Positions 9,454 through 19,138 of a DNA stretch of 35,820 nucleotides are shown piece by piece. The first letter of the stretch is position 1. Each line of letters opens with the position of its first letter. The stretch is from Verrucomicrobiota bacterium. GTDB taxonomy: Bacteria > Verrucomicrobiota > Verrucomicrobiia > Limisphaerales > SXQI01. A model generated the notes under the pieces. The model made no database searches and was not told the origin of the DNA. It saw only the letters and a program-made list of their open reading frames with translations. The stretch spans positions 1 to 35,820 of the forward strand of contig JANRLX010000015.1 in assembly GCA_033762115.1 (NCBI GenBank). Direction: 5' to 3'. The position numbers were made by a program, and so were the translations under genes.

Positions 9454-10221
9454 ATGAAACTGTTGTTTGTTGCCGATCTTCATTATGCATTAAAGCAGTT
9501 CGACTGGCTGGCTGCCAATGCGTCCAATTATGATGTGGTGGTGATCGGCGGCGATCTTCTGGATCTTTCCTCGGCTTTGGATCTGGATGTGCAAATCGTG
9601 GTGATGGGGAAATATTTTACGCGACTAAGGCAGTTGACGAAGCTGGTGGTGAGTTCCGGGAATCATGATGGTGACAGCCGGAATGCAGCGGATGAATCGG
9701 TGGCACGCTGGTTATTGGAAGCAAAGGCACCCTGGCTTTTCGTGGATGGGGATTCGGTGGAAATTGATGGCACGCTGATCACGGTGTGCCCATGGTGGGA
9801 TGGCCCGGTGTCACGTGCGGAGTTGGAGGGGCAGATTGCGCGGGATGCGTTGAAGACAAAGTCGAAATGGATCTGGATTCATCATGCGCCGCCGGATCGT
9901 TCAAGGGTGAGCTGGACAGGAAAGCAGTTTGGCGGGGATGAATTTTTGTCGGAATGGATCGCCCAGTATCAGCCGGACCTGGTGCTTTCCGGCCATATTC
10001 ATAATGCGCCGTTTTATTCGGATGGATCATGGATTGATCGACTGGGCAGGACCTGGATTTTTAATCCCGGGCGACAGATCGGTGCGTGTCCCTCCTGTTT
10101 GTCCTTTGACCTGGAGCGGATGACTGCCGCGTGGATTTCAGTGGAGGGTCAGGAAGTGCGGGAACTGCGATTGCCGCTGCCGGAGTCTGCAGTGAGGGGC
10201 AAAGCCAAACAGAGTGTGTAA
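9454..10221 (+). CDS. calcineurin-like metallophosphoesterase (Icc/CpdA-like)
   Basis: Motifs ADLH, GGD, GNHD, HHAPP, SGHIH, NPG; ATG 9454 (MKLLFVADLH). Confidence 0.9.
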   Translation: MKLLFVADLHYALKQFDWLAANASNYDVVVIGGDLLDLSSALDLDVQIVVMGKYFTRLRQLTKLVVSSGNHDGDSRNAADESVARWLLEAKAPWLFVDGDSVEIDGTLITVCPWWDGPVSRAELEGQIARDALKTKSKWIWIHHAPPDRSRVSWTGKQFGGDEFLSEWIAQYQPDLVLSGHIHNAPFYSDGSWIDRLGRTWIFNPGRQIGACPSCLSFDLERMTAAWISVEGQEVRELRLPLPESAVRGKAKQSV

Positions 10222-10230
10222 GGCAGATTA

Positions 10231-10671
10231 CTATCGCTTCTGGCGATGCATCAAGGTTTCAAGGACTTCATCCACCATGCCAATGTGATCGTGACCCTCG
10301 TATTGGCGACGGACATCAACAAGATATTTGTTCAGCGCATCAAGACGGCTGGCGAGTAGCTCGGCGAGGTAAATGCTGGCCTGGGCGGATTGTTCAAGGA
10401 ACTCGCGGGGATTTTCAATAACGGCAAACGAACAGGGTGTGAGGGCGCGAACCATCGCGGTATGAGGAGCACGAAGGAGAACGGACATTTCCCCAAAAAC
10501 AACACCAGGCTGCGAAGCTTTGGCCAGCAGGACTTCATCACGAAGAATTTCGACCTCCCCTTGAAGGAGGACAAGGATGGCTCCGCAGGGTGTGCCTTGC
10601 TCAACGATAATATCACCTGTGTTGAACTGGCGGACCTCGCGATCTTTAACAAGCCCCAGAATCCCACTCAT
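10231..10671 (-). CDS. stand-alone cyclic nucleotide-binding domain protein
   Basis: GDIIVEQG...LLQGEVEI...PGVVFGEMSVLLRAPHTAMVRA is a cNMP beta-barrel; no CRP HTH evident. Confidence 0.88.
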   Translation of the reverse strand: MSGILGLVKDREVRQFNTGDIIVEQGTPCGAILVLLQGEVEILRDEVLLAKASQPGVVFGEMSVLLRAPHTAMVRALTPCSFAVIENPREFLEQSAQASIYLAELLASRLDALNKYLVDVRRQYEGHDHIGMVDEVLETLMHRQKR

Positions 10672-10747
10672 GAAGAGGGATTATAAAGATGAAGAGAAGA
10701 AGCTGGAAATGAATAGGGTTAATGAATTGGATGAAAGATTTTATTAG

Positions 10748-11992
10748 TTAACGGTCCAGTTCCTTGCCATCGCTCAAATGGGAGGGAATATAGCGGAAGT
10801 ATGGAAGTTGCACGAGTGGCTGATTGAGCCAGCCAAGACCGAACTCTTTTTTGATAATAAATTCAGAGACGTAAATCTGGGCAACAAAGCTGAACCAGAC
10901 AAGAACGAGAGCAACGGCGGTAATAGCTCGACCAACCCGGGTGCCAAGCCATGCGACAGTACGGACGAGGACATGGCGGGTGGGGGCCGGGCGGATTTTG
11001 AGGAGATCAAAGCGATGGAGGAGTTCCCATTCCCTTTCGGCAAGTTGATCCTCGAGAAGAAGACCGCCCTGGACGCACTCGACCAGACCATTGGCATAAA
11101 TACGGGCGGCAACCAAACGAAGTATGAAATAAGCCGCAACAAAATAAATGCTGCAATAGAAGAAATAAGTCTTCAAGAGGCTTAGCGCCTGGGCATCTGT
11201 GTAATTCGAAAGCTCGGGATTGATATTAGGGAAAAAAGCGACCGCTGATTTCATGAACATCAGCGGGACAGCAAGCGCGGAGTAGAGCATGGCCAGAAGA
11301 AGCATGGCGAGCCATTTGCGGCGGACGATCATCCAGACAATCCGAAACTGAAAGAAAGATTTCCAATTGCCTGTGCTGGCCTGGCGGGCCTGGGCCATGG
11401 GAACGTAAAGCATCGCGGTAATGAAAAGAATAATTCCGAAAACACCAAGAGCAGGGCCCACAACTGCTTGTTCATAGCCTTTATTGAATGAGTTGTGCCA
11501 TCCATCGTACCACGAGAAAAGCCAGATCACACCTGCCGGAAGAACAAGGACTGATGTGGTAAAAAGTCCTTTAAAACCGACCTTGGCGTTCAGCCAGAAG
11601 GAGCCGGTAAGGTTATGAAAAACGGTTTTGAAGCGGCGAATGGCATTAGAAAGAAGGTTCGCTTCAGGAAGAGGAACGTACTCACGATAATCGTGGGCAG
11701 CAAACCAGTTTGGTAAGCGTTTCAGATGACGCGAGTGCATGGTGGCGCCAAGGGCGTCCGCAAGCGGTTCGCTGGAGCCGCTGAGTTTCCACCAGCGTCG
11801 AGCGATGGAGTATTGCATTTTGCGATAAGTCCAGCCGACGATAAGAAAAGCGAGCATGCCCTGGGTGAAAAGCACTGCCCAGAGATATTTGAATGCAGCC
11901 ACCGTGAAGCGGCGCAGGCGCTGAAATCGCGGTTTCCGCACAGCAACAGGCGTGGGAAGGGAATCGACCGTTGAAAGAGTGATCGGTTCCAT
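10748..11992 (-). CDS. polytopic membrane protein of unknown function
   Basis: 414 aa with about 6 hydrophobic segments; starts 1 nt after the upstream gene's stop. Confidence 0.8.
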   Translation of the reverse strand: MEPITLSTVDSLPTPVAVRKPRFQRLRRFTVAAFKYLWAVLFTQGMLAFLIVGWTYRKMQYSIARRWWKLSGSSEPLADALGATMHSRHLKRLPNWFAAHDYREYVPLPEANLLSNAIRRFKTVFHNLTGSFWLNAKVGFKGLFTTSVLVLPAGVIWLFSWYDGWHNSFNKGYEQAVVGPALGVFGIILFITAMLYVPMAQARQASTGNWKSFFQFRIVWMIVRRKWLAMLLLAMLYSALAVPLMFMKSAVAFFPNINPELSNYTDAQALSLLKTYFFYCSIYFVAAYFILRLVAARIYANGLVECVQGGLLLEDQLAEREWELLHRFDLLKIRPAPTRHVLVRTVAWLGTRVGRAITAVALVLVWFSFVAQIYVSEFIIKKEFGLGWLNQPLVQLPYFRYIPSHLSDGKELDR

Positions 11993-11993
11993 A

Positions 11994-13190
11994 TCAGGCG
12001 AGCGCCTGCTCGAGAACAGGGCCTTCAGTGAATTCAGTTTTCATTTTCATGAAATGACCAATGGTGGCGGCAACGCTGATTTGGTCGACGGCTTTATCGA
12101 CAACCACCCCTTTTTGGACGCCAGGGCCAATGATGAGACTGAATATCTCGTGAGAGGATTTGGAGTTGAAATGATGCTGGCATGGAACGGCGGCAAACGG
12201 GTTAGTGTCCCGCCCGCAGTCAGGCACGATGACGAAGATAGTATTATCGCGATATTCAGGGTCCCCTTCGACAGTGGACATGATCTGCCGCAAACCTTCG
12301 TCCATCACGGAAATGCCACGGGTATAATGGCTCATATAGCCCCAGTGGACATAATCAGGATCATTGTAGTTCACCATGATCAGTTTTGGACGAAGTTCCT
12401 TGAGGGCTCTGATGGTGAGTTCAGTCAGGAGACGATCGCCGCGAGGATTCACAAAGCCTGATTCACCATAATGGTTGCGCCATCCTTCCCAGAACTTGAC
12501 GATTTGCTCTCCCTGCTGGTCTACCCCTTTGGTGCGGTAATCAAGGGCTTCCAGTTTGGCAAGTTCCTGGCGTTTTTTCTCAAGTTCCTTTCCCTGCCAC
12601 TTTCCAGCATTGATCTGGCGCTGGAGGAGGAAGGTTTTATACCGGTACAAACTTAGAACGTTTGAACGGAAATGGGCGCCAAAAAGATGATGATTACTGA
12701 AGCTATAAAACTCTTCATCAGTGCGGTCTTCGCCATTAATGATAAGGGTTTGGTGTTCAGGAACATTGTACTGTTTACGAAGATATTCAAAAACGGTGGG
12801 AACCTTTGATTCAAACCGTGCGCCTAAAAATTTGTCCCCGATATCCTTAAATTTTTCATACTTGCCCGTCAGGATGTAAAGGGTGCCCTGGCCATGGCTG
12901 GTTTCAATGTCATGGAGGGAACTTAATTCCATGTTTTTAAACAGAGTGCCGCGCCTGGTCAGCTCATGACACAGGAAGGGACTATAAGTGTGCTCGGGAT
13001 TGATGGTCTCACGCCGTCGCACCCCGCCTCCAAAGCGAATGACGATAACATTGGGCCCGGTGTAATCCGGACGGGCGGGCGCAGTTTCGAGTGCAAGAGT
13101 GGAAAGGCCACCGGTTGCAAGACCAGCTGCGCCAGCCATGACACCACCAATAAATTGACGACGCGGAATGACAACAGAGCGATTATTCAT
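11994..13190 (-). CDS. Tat-exported alkaline phosphatase/sulfatase-superfamily protein
   Basis: Twin-arginine PRRQFIGG signal; NVIVIRFGGGVR, PTVFEYLR, RPKLIMVNYNDPDYVH, YRDNTIFVIVPDCGRD, DQISVAATI. Start uncertain (13190 or 13211). Confidence 0.75.
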   Translation of the reverse strand: MNNRSVVIPRRQFIGGVMAGAAGLATGGLSTLALETAPARPDYTGPNVIVIRFGGGVRRRETINPEHTYSPFLCHELTRRGTLFKNMELSSLHDIETSHGQGTLYILTGKYEKFKDIGDKFLGARFESKVPTVFEYLRKQYNVPEHQTLIINGEDRTDEEFYSFSNHHLFGAHFRSNVLSLYRYKTFLLQRQINAGKWQGKELEKKRQELAKLEALDYRTKGVDQQGEQIVKFWEGWRNHYGESGFVNPRGDRLLTELTIRALKELRPKLIMVNYNDPDYVHWGYMSHYTRGISVMDEGLRQIMSTVEGDPEYRDNTIFVIVPDCGRDTNPFAAVPCQHHFNSKSSHEIFSLIIGPGVQKGVVVDKAVDQISVAATIGHFMKMKTEFTEGPVLEQALA

Positions 13191-13421
13191 AGGCCACTGG
13201 AATGATAACACAGCAGGTCGCGCGTTTGTTACAGAAATTTTGGAGGAAAAGGGAAACAGAGAACTACCGCGATTTAAGCGCTGTAAAGCGTTGACAGCAA
13301 ATATCTTGTATCTTGAATATCGATTTTTTACGGGGCGTAAAAACTTGGAATGAATTTAAAAGTATCTGGCAATAGTGCGCTCCTCGATTGAATTCGGTCT
13401 GGAAAGGCGAAATGATTGACT

Positions 13422-13435
13422 TGTTTTTTTGAACA
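13422..13435. promoter_or_regulatory. candidate LexA (SOS) box upstream of dprA
   Basis: TGTTT-TTTT-GAACA, one mismatch to the Verrucomicrobia LexA motif TGTTC-N4-GAACA, directly after a TTGACT -35-like hexamer (13416-13421). Confidence 0.45.
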
Positions 13436-13455
13436 GTGTTTATTCCGGGTTCAAG

Positions 13456-14559
13456 ATGGATTCCACCGAAGCACTCGTCGCCCTGAACATGATTTCCCAT
13501 ATTGGGCCGGTGAGGATCAGGAATCTAATTGAGCATTTTGGGTCTCCGGAGGAGGTGCTGCGCGCATCGGAGCAACAATTGCTTCAGGTCCAGGGAATGA
13601 CTACAGCGGCTGCCGTAGCGGTTTCACAGTGGGAAACTGGAACGGACCTTGCACGGGAACTGCAATACATCAAGGAATTCGGCTGCCATATTGTCACTCA
13701 ATTCCATGAAAATTACCCCGCGCTTCTCCGGCAGATTTATGACCCCCCAGTAGTCCTTTACGTGAAAGGGTCGCTTCTTCCTCAGGATAAAAATTCCGTG
13801 GCGCTGGTCGGTTCACGGATGACCACTCATTACGGAATCAATGTGGCCCGGCGGCTGGCTTATCAATTGGGGATGATGGGCATCACTGTTGTAAGTGGTG
13901 GTGCGAGGGGAATTGACACAGCCGCACACCAGGGAGCGATCAGCGGAAAAAGCCGGACGATTGCTGTGCTTGGGACGGGGATCAATCTGATCTTTCCTTC
14001 TGAGAATGCAAAATTGTTCGAGCAGATTTCGGAGAATGGAGCTTTGATTACCCAATTTCCTTTTAATCGTCCGGCTGACAAGCAAAGTTTTCCGATACGG
14101 AATCGAATAGTCGCAGGTATGACCCTTGGAACTGTGGTGGTTGAGGCGAATCTGACCAGCGGGGCATTGATCACGGCCAACATGGCAACTGAGTACGGGC
14201 GGCAGGTTTTTGCTGTGCCAGGCTCCATTGAATCACCACGCAGCAAAGGGTGTCATGACCTGATTAAAAAGGGCGCAAAGTTGTGCGAAGGCGCGGAGGA
14301 CATCGTGACCGAATTCGAATACCTGTTTCCCGGCAGCAACCGTTCCTCAAATGCCAGCCAGCAAACACTCCCCGGACTTTCATTAACAGAAAATGAGCAG
14401 ATCATTTATGACCTCGTGAATTCATCGGAAATTCACATCGATGAACTTATTGTTAAATCCGGTCTGCCAACCAGCGCGGTCTCTGTGACGCTGCTTGGAT
14501 TGGAGATGAAGCGACTGGTGACGCAGCTGCCCGGCAAAATTTACCTCCGTAATCGATAA
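13456..14559 (+). CDS. dprA: DNA-processing protein DprA/Smf
   Basis: YPALLRQIYDPPVVLYVKG, VALVGSR, VSGGARGIDTAAH, FPIRNRIVAG, SGALITA, GRQVFAVPG, C-terminal winged helix LEMKRLV..LPG; ATG 13456. Confidence 0.96.
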   Translation: MDSTEALVALNMISHIGPVRIRNLIEHFGSPEEVLRASEQQLLQVQGMTTAAAVAVSQWETGTDLARELQYIKEFGCHIVTQFHENYPALLRQIYDPPVVLYVKGSLLPQDKNSVALVGSRMTTHYGINVARRLAYQLGMMGITVVSGGARGIDTAAHQGAISGKSRTIAVLGTGINLIFPSENAKLFEQISENGALITQFPFNRPADKQSFPIRNRIVAGMTLGTVVVEANLTSGALITANMATEYGRQVFAVPGSIESPRSKGCHDLIKKGAKLCEGAEDIVTEFEYLFPGSNRSSNASQQTLPGLSLTENEQIIYDLVNSSEIHIDELIVKSGLPTSAVSVTLLGLEMKRLVTQLPGKIYLRNR

Positions 14560-14594
14560 GAATTGCACTCGGAAGGGAAGGCATTTCGATGAAT

Positions 14595-14645
14595 ATAGGC
14601 GAGGCTAATTTTTATAGTTGACACTAACAACAGTTGGCTTATGCT
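14595..14645 (+). promoter_or_regulatory. sigma70 promoter overlapped by two DtxR/MntR-type operator boxes
   Basis: TTGACA (14618-23)-N16-TATGCT (14640-45); tandem ATAG-N6-CTAA boxes at 14595-14608 and 14614-14627, the second enclosing the -35. Confidence 0.65.
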
Positions 14646-14666
14646 CGGGCCATGTTGGTTCAACAT

Positions 14667-15566
14667 ATGAAAACTTTAATCTTGTTACTCTCTCTTCTCT
14701 GCGCCACCTGCTCTTCGGCAGCGGAAAAGAAACTCACCGTTTGCGCCACCGTCAGCATGGTGGCTGACCTGACGCGGTCCGTCGGAGGAGAGCGCGTGGA
14801 AGTGCAGGCCCTGATGGGCGCAGGTGTGGACCCTCACCTCTACAAAGCGACCGCTTCAGATATCGTGAAACTGCAAAAGGCGGATTTGATTCTTTATTCA
14901 GGGCTCATGCTTGAAGGGAAAATGGAAGGCCTCTTCGAGCAAATGAAGAAGGGAAAGCGTGCGGTTTATGCAGTGACGGCAAACCTGCCCAAAGAAAAAT
15001 TGCTCACGCCGCCGGAATTCGAAGGACATCACGATCCGCACGTGTGGTTTGATGTGGAATTATGGGCCGCGTGCATTGGGACTGTGGAAGAGGCGCTGAG
15101 CAAGGTGGACCCGAAAGGAAAGGAATATTATGCCGCAAACGGGGCGGCATTGCGGCAGAAATACGCGCAACTTCACGCCTGGGCGCTCAATCGTGTTTCC
15201 GATCTTGCGAAGGAGCAGCGCATTCTGGTCACCAGTCATGACGCATACAATTATTTTGGGCGGGCCTACGGTTTCCAGGTGGTGGGATTGCAGGGAATTT
15301 CGACTGTGACAGAAGCCGGGCTGGCTGATGTGACCAAGCTGGTGGATTTTGTGAAGCAAAAGAAGATCAAAGCGATTTTCGTCGAATCGAGTGTTCCGCA
15401 TAATACCATCGAACGCATCAGCAAAGATGCGGGAGTCAAAATTGGTGGGGAATTGTTTTCTGATGCGATGGGTTCTCCGGGTCAGATGGAAGGGGATTAT
15501 GATGTGGGCACTTACGAAGGAATGATCAAGCACAACATCAACACGATTGTCACCGGATTGAAATGA
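14667..15566 (+). CDS. troA: metal (Mn/Zn/Fe) ABC transporter substrate-binding protein, TroA/MntA/YtgA family
   Basis: GVDPHLY, HHDPHVWFD, LVTSHDAYNYFG, IFVESSV, LFSDAMG; signal peptide. Alternative start ATG 14652. Confidence 0.93.
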   Translation: MKTLILLLSLLCATCSSAAEKKLTVCATVSMVADLTRSVGGERVEVQALMGAGVDPHLYKATASDIVKLQKADLILYSGLMLEGKMEGLFEQMKKGKRAVYAVTANLPKEKLLTPPEFEGHHDPHVWFDVELWAACIGTVEEALSKVDPKGKEYYAANGAALRQKYAQLHAWALNRVSDLAKEQRILVTSHDAYNYFGRAYGFQVVGLQGISTVTEAGLADVTKLVDFVKQKKIKAIFVESSVPHNTIERISKDAGVKIGGELFSDAMGSPGQMEGDYDVGTYEGMIKHNINTIVTGLK

Positions 15567-16891
15567 AGATTCTCTTCAGAACGTTAGCTGGAATTTCGTT
15601 CGGTGTGGCAGCCGCGGAGCATGCTGTTCCAACACATGATGTGATTGCAGCGAGAACGCCACGTTTTGAGACCGGTTTTGAGCGGGACCACCTGACAGGA
15701 GACTGGAATGGAATGCGGACGCGATTGGTCGAGCAGGGAATTCACCTCAGCGCCGGTTACACAGGAGAAGTCATCAGCAACCTGGAGGGAGGGATGCGCC
15801 GTGGTGCGATCTATGAAGGAATTTTCGAGCTGGGTGTTGAGCTTGATTTTGAAAAACTGGGTTTCTGGGATGGGGCATTGCTGAAATTCAGCGCAATCAA
15901 CCTGCATGGCGCAAGTCCCACGGCAAAGCTGGTGGGGGATTTTTTCGCGGTGAGTAGTATTGATGCCTACGATTCATTCCGCCTATACGAACTCTGGTAT
16001 GAACAGAACTTTTTTGAAGATCAATTTTCCCTCCGGCTCGGGAATTTACTCGCAGATGATGAATTCGCTGGAACGGAGAATGGGGGGGTAATGATGAATG
16101 CCGCTTTTGGCTGGCCAGCATTTATCTCCGCGAACACGGTCAATACCGGCCCTGCTTTTTTCGTGACCGCGCCGGGCGCACGTCTTCGTTATCAGCCCGC
16201 GAAATCAGTCTATATTCAGGCCGCATTGTTCGATGGTGACAGTTTTGATGATGCAAATGGCAATCCACGCACGACCCGCTACGGCACACATTGGGAGCTC
16301 AATTCAGGTCAGGGGGTATTTGCAATCAGTGAAGCTGGCTTTGGCTGGAACAGCGAAGATGCCTATCCAGGTATCCTGAAACTTGGTGTTTGGGGCCATT
16401 CGGCGGATTTTTCTGACAATTATCTGGATGAAGCGGGAATTCCCATCGCGATCAGCGGAGGCAATCCTCGCATTCATGAAGGCAATTACGGAGGGTATCT
16501 CGTAGCGGAGCAAAAACTTTATGCGGAAACGGAAGCAGAAGGACTCGGAGCATGGGGCCGTGTTGGTGCGAGCCCGCCTGACCGGGGATTTTTTGAATAC
16601 AGTTTTGACTTTGGGTTAAATTACACCGGGCTTTTGCCAGGCCGCGAAGAAGATATTCTTGCCACCGGGTTTGTCTATGCGCGGATTTCGAAGGACATTG
16701 TTGCTTCTGAGCGACTCAGTGGTATGAACCCTCTGTCCGATTACGAAGCAGGCTGGGAAATCACCTACATGTTGCAGGTCAGCAAATGGCTAAGTGTGCA
16801 ACCGGACCTGCAAATTATTTTTCATCCGGGAGGATCATCCGCGTTGGATAATGCCATTGTGGCAGGAGTGCGATTTAATCTGGTCTTTTAA
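15563..16891 (+). CDS. OprB-family (carbohydrate-selective-like) porin
   Basis: DHLTGDWNGMRTRLVEQGI, RLYELWYEQ, G.LLADDEF, EITY..QV.KWLSVQPDLQ.I.HPGG, terminal Phe; ATGA overlap with troA. Confidence 0.9.
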   Translation: MKILFRTLAGISFGVAAAEHAVPTHDVIAARTPRFETGFERDHLTGDWNGMRTRLVEQGIHLSAGYTGEVISNLEGGMRRGAIYEGIFELGVELDFEKLGFWDGALLKFSAINLHGASPTAKLVGDFFAVSSIDAYDSFRLYELWYEQNFFEDQFSLRLGNLLADDEFAGTENGGVMMNAAFGWPAFISANTVNTGPAFFVTAPGARLRYQPAKSVYIQAALFDGDSFDDANGNPRTTRYGTHWELNSGQGVFAISEAGFGWNSEDAYPGILKLGVWGHSADFSDNYLDEAGIPIAISGGNPRIHEGNYGGYLVAEQKLYAETEAEGLGAWGRVGASPPDRGFFEYSFDFGLNYTGLLPGREEDILATGFVYARISKDIVASERLSGMNPLSDYEAGWEITYMLQVSKWLSVQPDLQIIFHPGGSSALDNAIVAGVRFNLVF

Positions 16892-16895
16892 TGTC

Positions 16896-17666
16896 ATGAA
16901 CCCCTCTGAAATTCCTCTGCCGCTTGAAATTCACGACCTGACCGTTTCATATCAAAAGAAACCGGTCTTGTGGGGAATCGACCTCGAAGTGCCAGCGGGA
17001 AAATTGATTGGAATTGTGGGGCCGAACGGGGCGGGCAAATCAACCTTGATCAAGGCGGTGCTTGGCCTGCTGCCTCATTCGAGCGGCTGGGTAAAAATTT
17101 TTGGCAAACCACCCAGGGAAAACGCCCGACGGGTCGGTTACGTGCCTCAACGAGAATCTGTGGACTGGGATTTTCCGGTCACCGTAATGGATGTCGTCCT
17201 GATGGGACGTTATGGACATCTTGGGCTGGTGAAACGCCCGACTTCAAAAGATCGGGACATCGCCCGGGAATGCCTGGATAAAGTGAAGCTTCTCCCTTTT
17301 GCCAATCGCCAGATCGCCAATCTTTCCGGTGGCCAGCAGCAGCGCGTCTTTCTCGCTCGTGCGCTGGCACAGGAAAGCGATCTTTATTTCATGGATGAGC
17401 CGTTTGCCGGAGTGGACGCCGCGACTGAAAGCGCAATCATCACGCTGCTGCATGAACTCAAAGGGCGTGGCAAGACTTTAATGGTGGTGCATCATGACCT
17501 TCCCACCGCACGAAATTATTTTGATATGCTGCTGCTCCTGAACATGCGGGTGGTGGCTTTCGGTGCGACCGAGGAAGTTTTTACCTATGATCTGCTCCAA
17601 AAAACGTATGGTGGTCGGCTGACCATCCTTTCAGAGGTGGCGGACGCCGTTCGCCAGCGGGGATGA
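16896..17666 (+). CDS. troB: metal ABC transporter ATP-binding protein (TroB/MntB/YtgB)
   Basis: GPNGAGKST, GYVPQRESVDWDFP, LSGGQQQR, MDEPFAGVD, VHHDL; ATG 16896. Confidence 0.95.
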   Translation: MNPSEIPLPLEIHDLTVSYQKKPVLWGIDLEVPAGKLIGIVGPNGAGKSTLIKAVLGLLPHSSGWVKIFGKPPRENARRVGYVPQRESVDWDFPVTVMDVVLMGRYGHLGLVKRPTSKDRDIARECLDKVKLLPFANRQIANLSGGQQQRVFLARALAQESDLYFMDEPFAGVDAATESAIITLLHELKGRGKTLMVVHHDLPTARNYFDMLLLLNMRVVAFGATEEVFTYDLLQKTYGGRLTILSEVADAVRQRG

Positions 17667-19138
17667 AAAATTTTTCCCAATCATTGATACGCCTGCTGCT
17701 GCTGGTAGGAACAATCTCCCTGGCGCCTTATTCTCATGCCGCGAGGATCGGCGATATCAGCGAAACCAACCTGCTGGAGCAGGCGATACGATTTTTCAGC
17801 CTGGCTGACCCCGCACTTCGCTATGCGCTGATTGGTTCAATCCTGCTTGGAGTTGGTTGCGGTCTCTTGGGTGGATTCATCGTGGTCCGCAGGATGGCAC
17901 TGGTGGGGGACGCCCTTTCACATGCGGTACTTCCCGGGGTGGCGATCGGTTTTCTCTGGAACATGAGCAAGGATCCTGTGGCAATTTTTATTGGCGCGAC
18001 GGTTGCCGGTTTGTTCGGGACCATGGTGGTCAGCTGGATCAAGGAAACGACCCGGCTGAAGGAGGACACCGCGCTCGGGCTGGTGCTGGCGGCTTTTTTT
18101 GCCATTGGCATCTGCATGGTTACGATGATTCAAAGGCTACCCTCAGGTAACAAAAGCGGGATCGACAAATTTCTTTTCGGTCAGGCTGCCGCGATTGGTT
18201 CACGGGACGTGCAATTGATAGCGCTGGTGACGGGCCTTTCGGTGCTGGTGGTCGTTGTTTTTTACAAGGAGTTACTGGTGAGCAGTTTTGATCCTGGCTT
18301 TGCCCGTGTGGCAGGATTTCCTGTCAGGGCACTGCATTACACACTGATGCTGCTCCTGGCATTTTCTGTGGTGGTCGCGCTGCAGGCTGTGGGTGTTGTC
18401 CTTGTTTCAGCGATGCTGATCACCCCGGCTGCCGCGGCTTATCTATTGACTGATCGATTGCACCGAATGCTCTGGATCTCTTCGCTTGTTGGGATGTTTG
18501 CCGGGGTGCTCGGCGCGTTTTTTTCATTCCTCAAACCCAATCTGCCCACCGGGCCATTCATGGTGTTGGGCGCAACCACCGTTTTCGCCGGGGCCTTTCT
18601 TTTCAGCCCAAAGCATGGAGTTGTTGTCCATTGGTGGAAATTTCGATCTCGTGGCGCGAGAGTAAAACGGGAAAATACGATGAAAGGAATTTACCATGTG
18701 CTTGAAGATCATGCCTTCAACGGTGAAGGAGTGGAATTGACAGAACTGGCACAGAAACGTCGCGTCACGCTGGAAGAAGCCAGGATTGAGGCCCGGGAAT
18801 TGGTTCGACACGGGATGGCCACTCTGAATAACGAGGACACCACATTATTCCTGACGCCGGAAGGCTGGCACCGCGCTTCCTCAATTGTTCGCAATCATCG
18901 TCTCTGGGAACTTTACCTCACCAATGAGGCACAGATCGCCGCTGATCATGTCCATGAAGATGCAGAAAAAATCGAGCATGTTCTCGGTGATGAAGTAGTC
19001 CGGCAACTGGAACGCCGCCTTTCTTATGCCACGCAGGATCCGCACGGCAAAAAAATCCCAAGCTGGGAGGAGGTTCGTGAACGCGGTAATCGAGCCACAC
19101 GGCAGGAACGACCGTTAGGGTACAATCGTCATGAGTGA
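17663..19138 (+). CDS. metal ABC permease fused to a C-terminal DtxR/MntR-family repressor (YtgCR-like)
   Basis: ABC-3 permease motifs (GDALSHAVLPG, LFGQAAA, FYKELLVSSFDP), then from about 18670 ENTMKGIY, a wHTH region, LTPEG, VRNHRLWELYL, HEDAEKIEH, DPHGKKIP. Confidence 0.93.
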   Translation: MKNFSQSLIRLLLLVGTISLAPYSHAARIGDISETNLLEQAIRFFSLADPALRYALIGSILLGVGCGLLGGFIVVRRMALVGDALSHAVLPGVAIGFLWNMSKDPVAIFIGATVAGLFGTMVVSWIKETTRLKEDTALGLVLAAFFAIGICMVTMIQRLPSGNKSGIDKFLFGQAAAIGSRDVQLIALVTGLSVLVVVVFYKELLVSSFDPGFARVAGFPVRALHYTLMLLLAFSVVVALQAVGVVLVSAMLITPAAAAYLLTDRLHRMLWISSLVGMFAGVLGAFFSFLKPNLPTGPFMVLGATTVFAGAFLFSPKHGVVVHWWKFRSRGARVKRENTMKGIYHVLEDHAFNGEGVELTELAQKRRVTLEEARIEARELVRHGMATLNNEDTTLFLTPEGWHRASSIVRNHRLWELYLTNEAQIAADHVHEDAEKIEHVLGDEVVRQLERRLSYATQDPHGKKIPSWEEVRERGNRATRQERPLGYNRHE

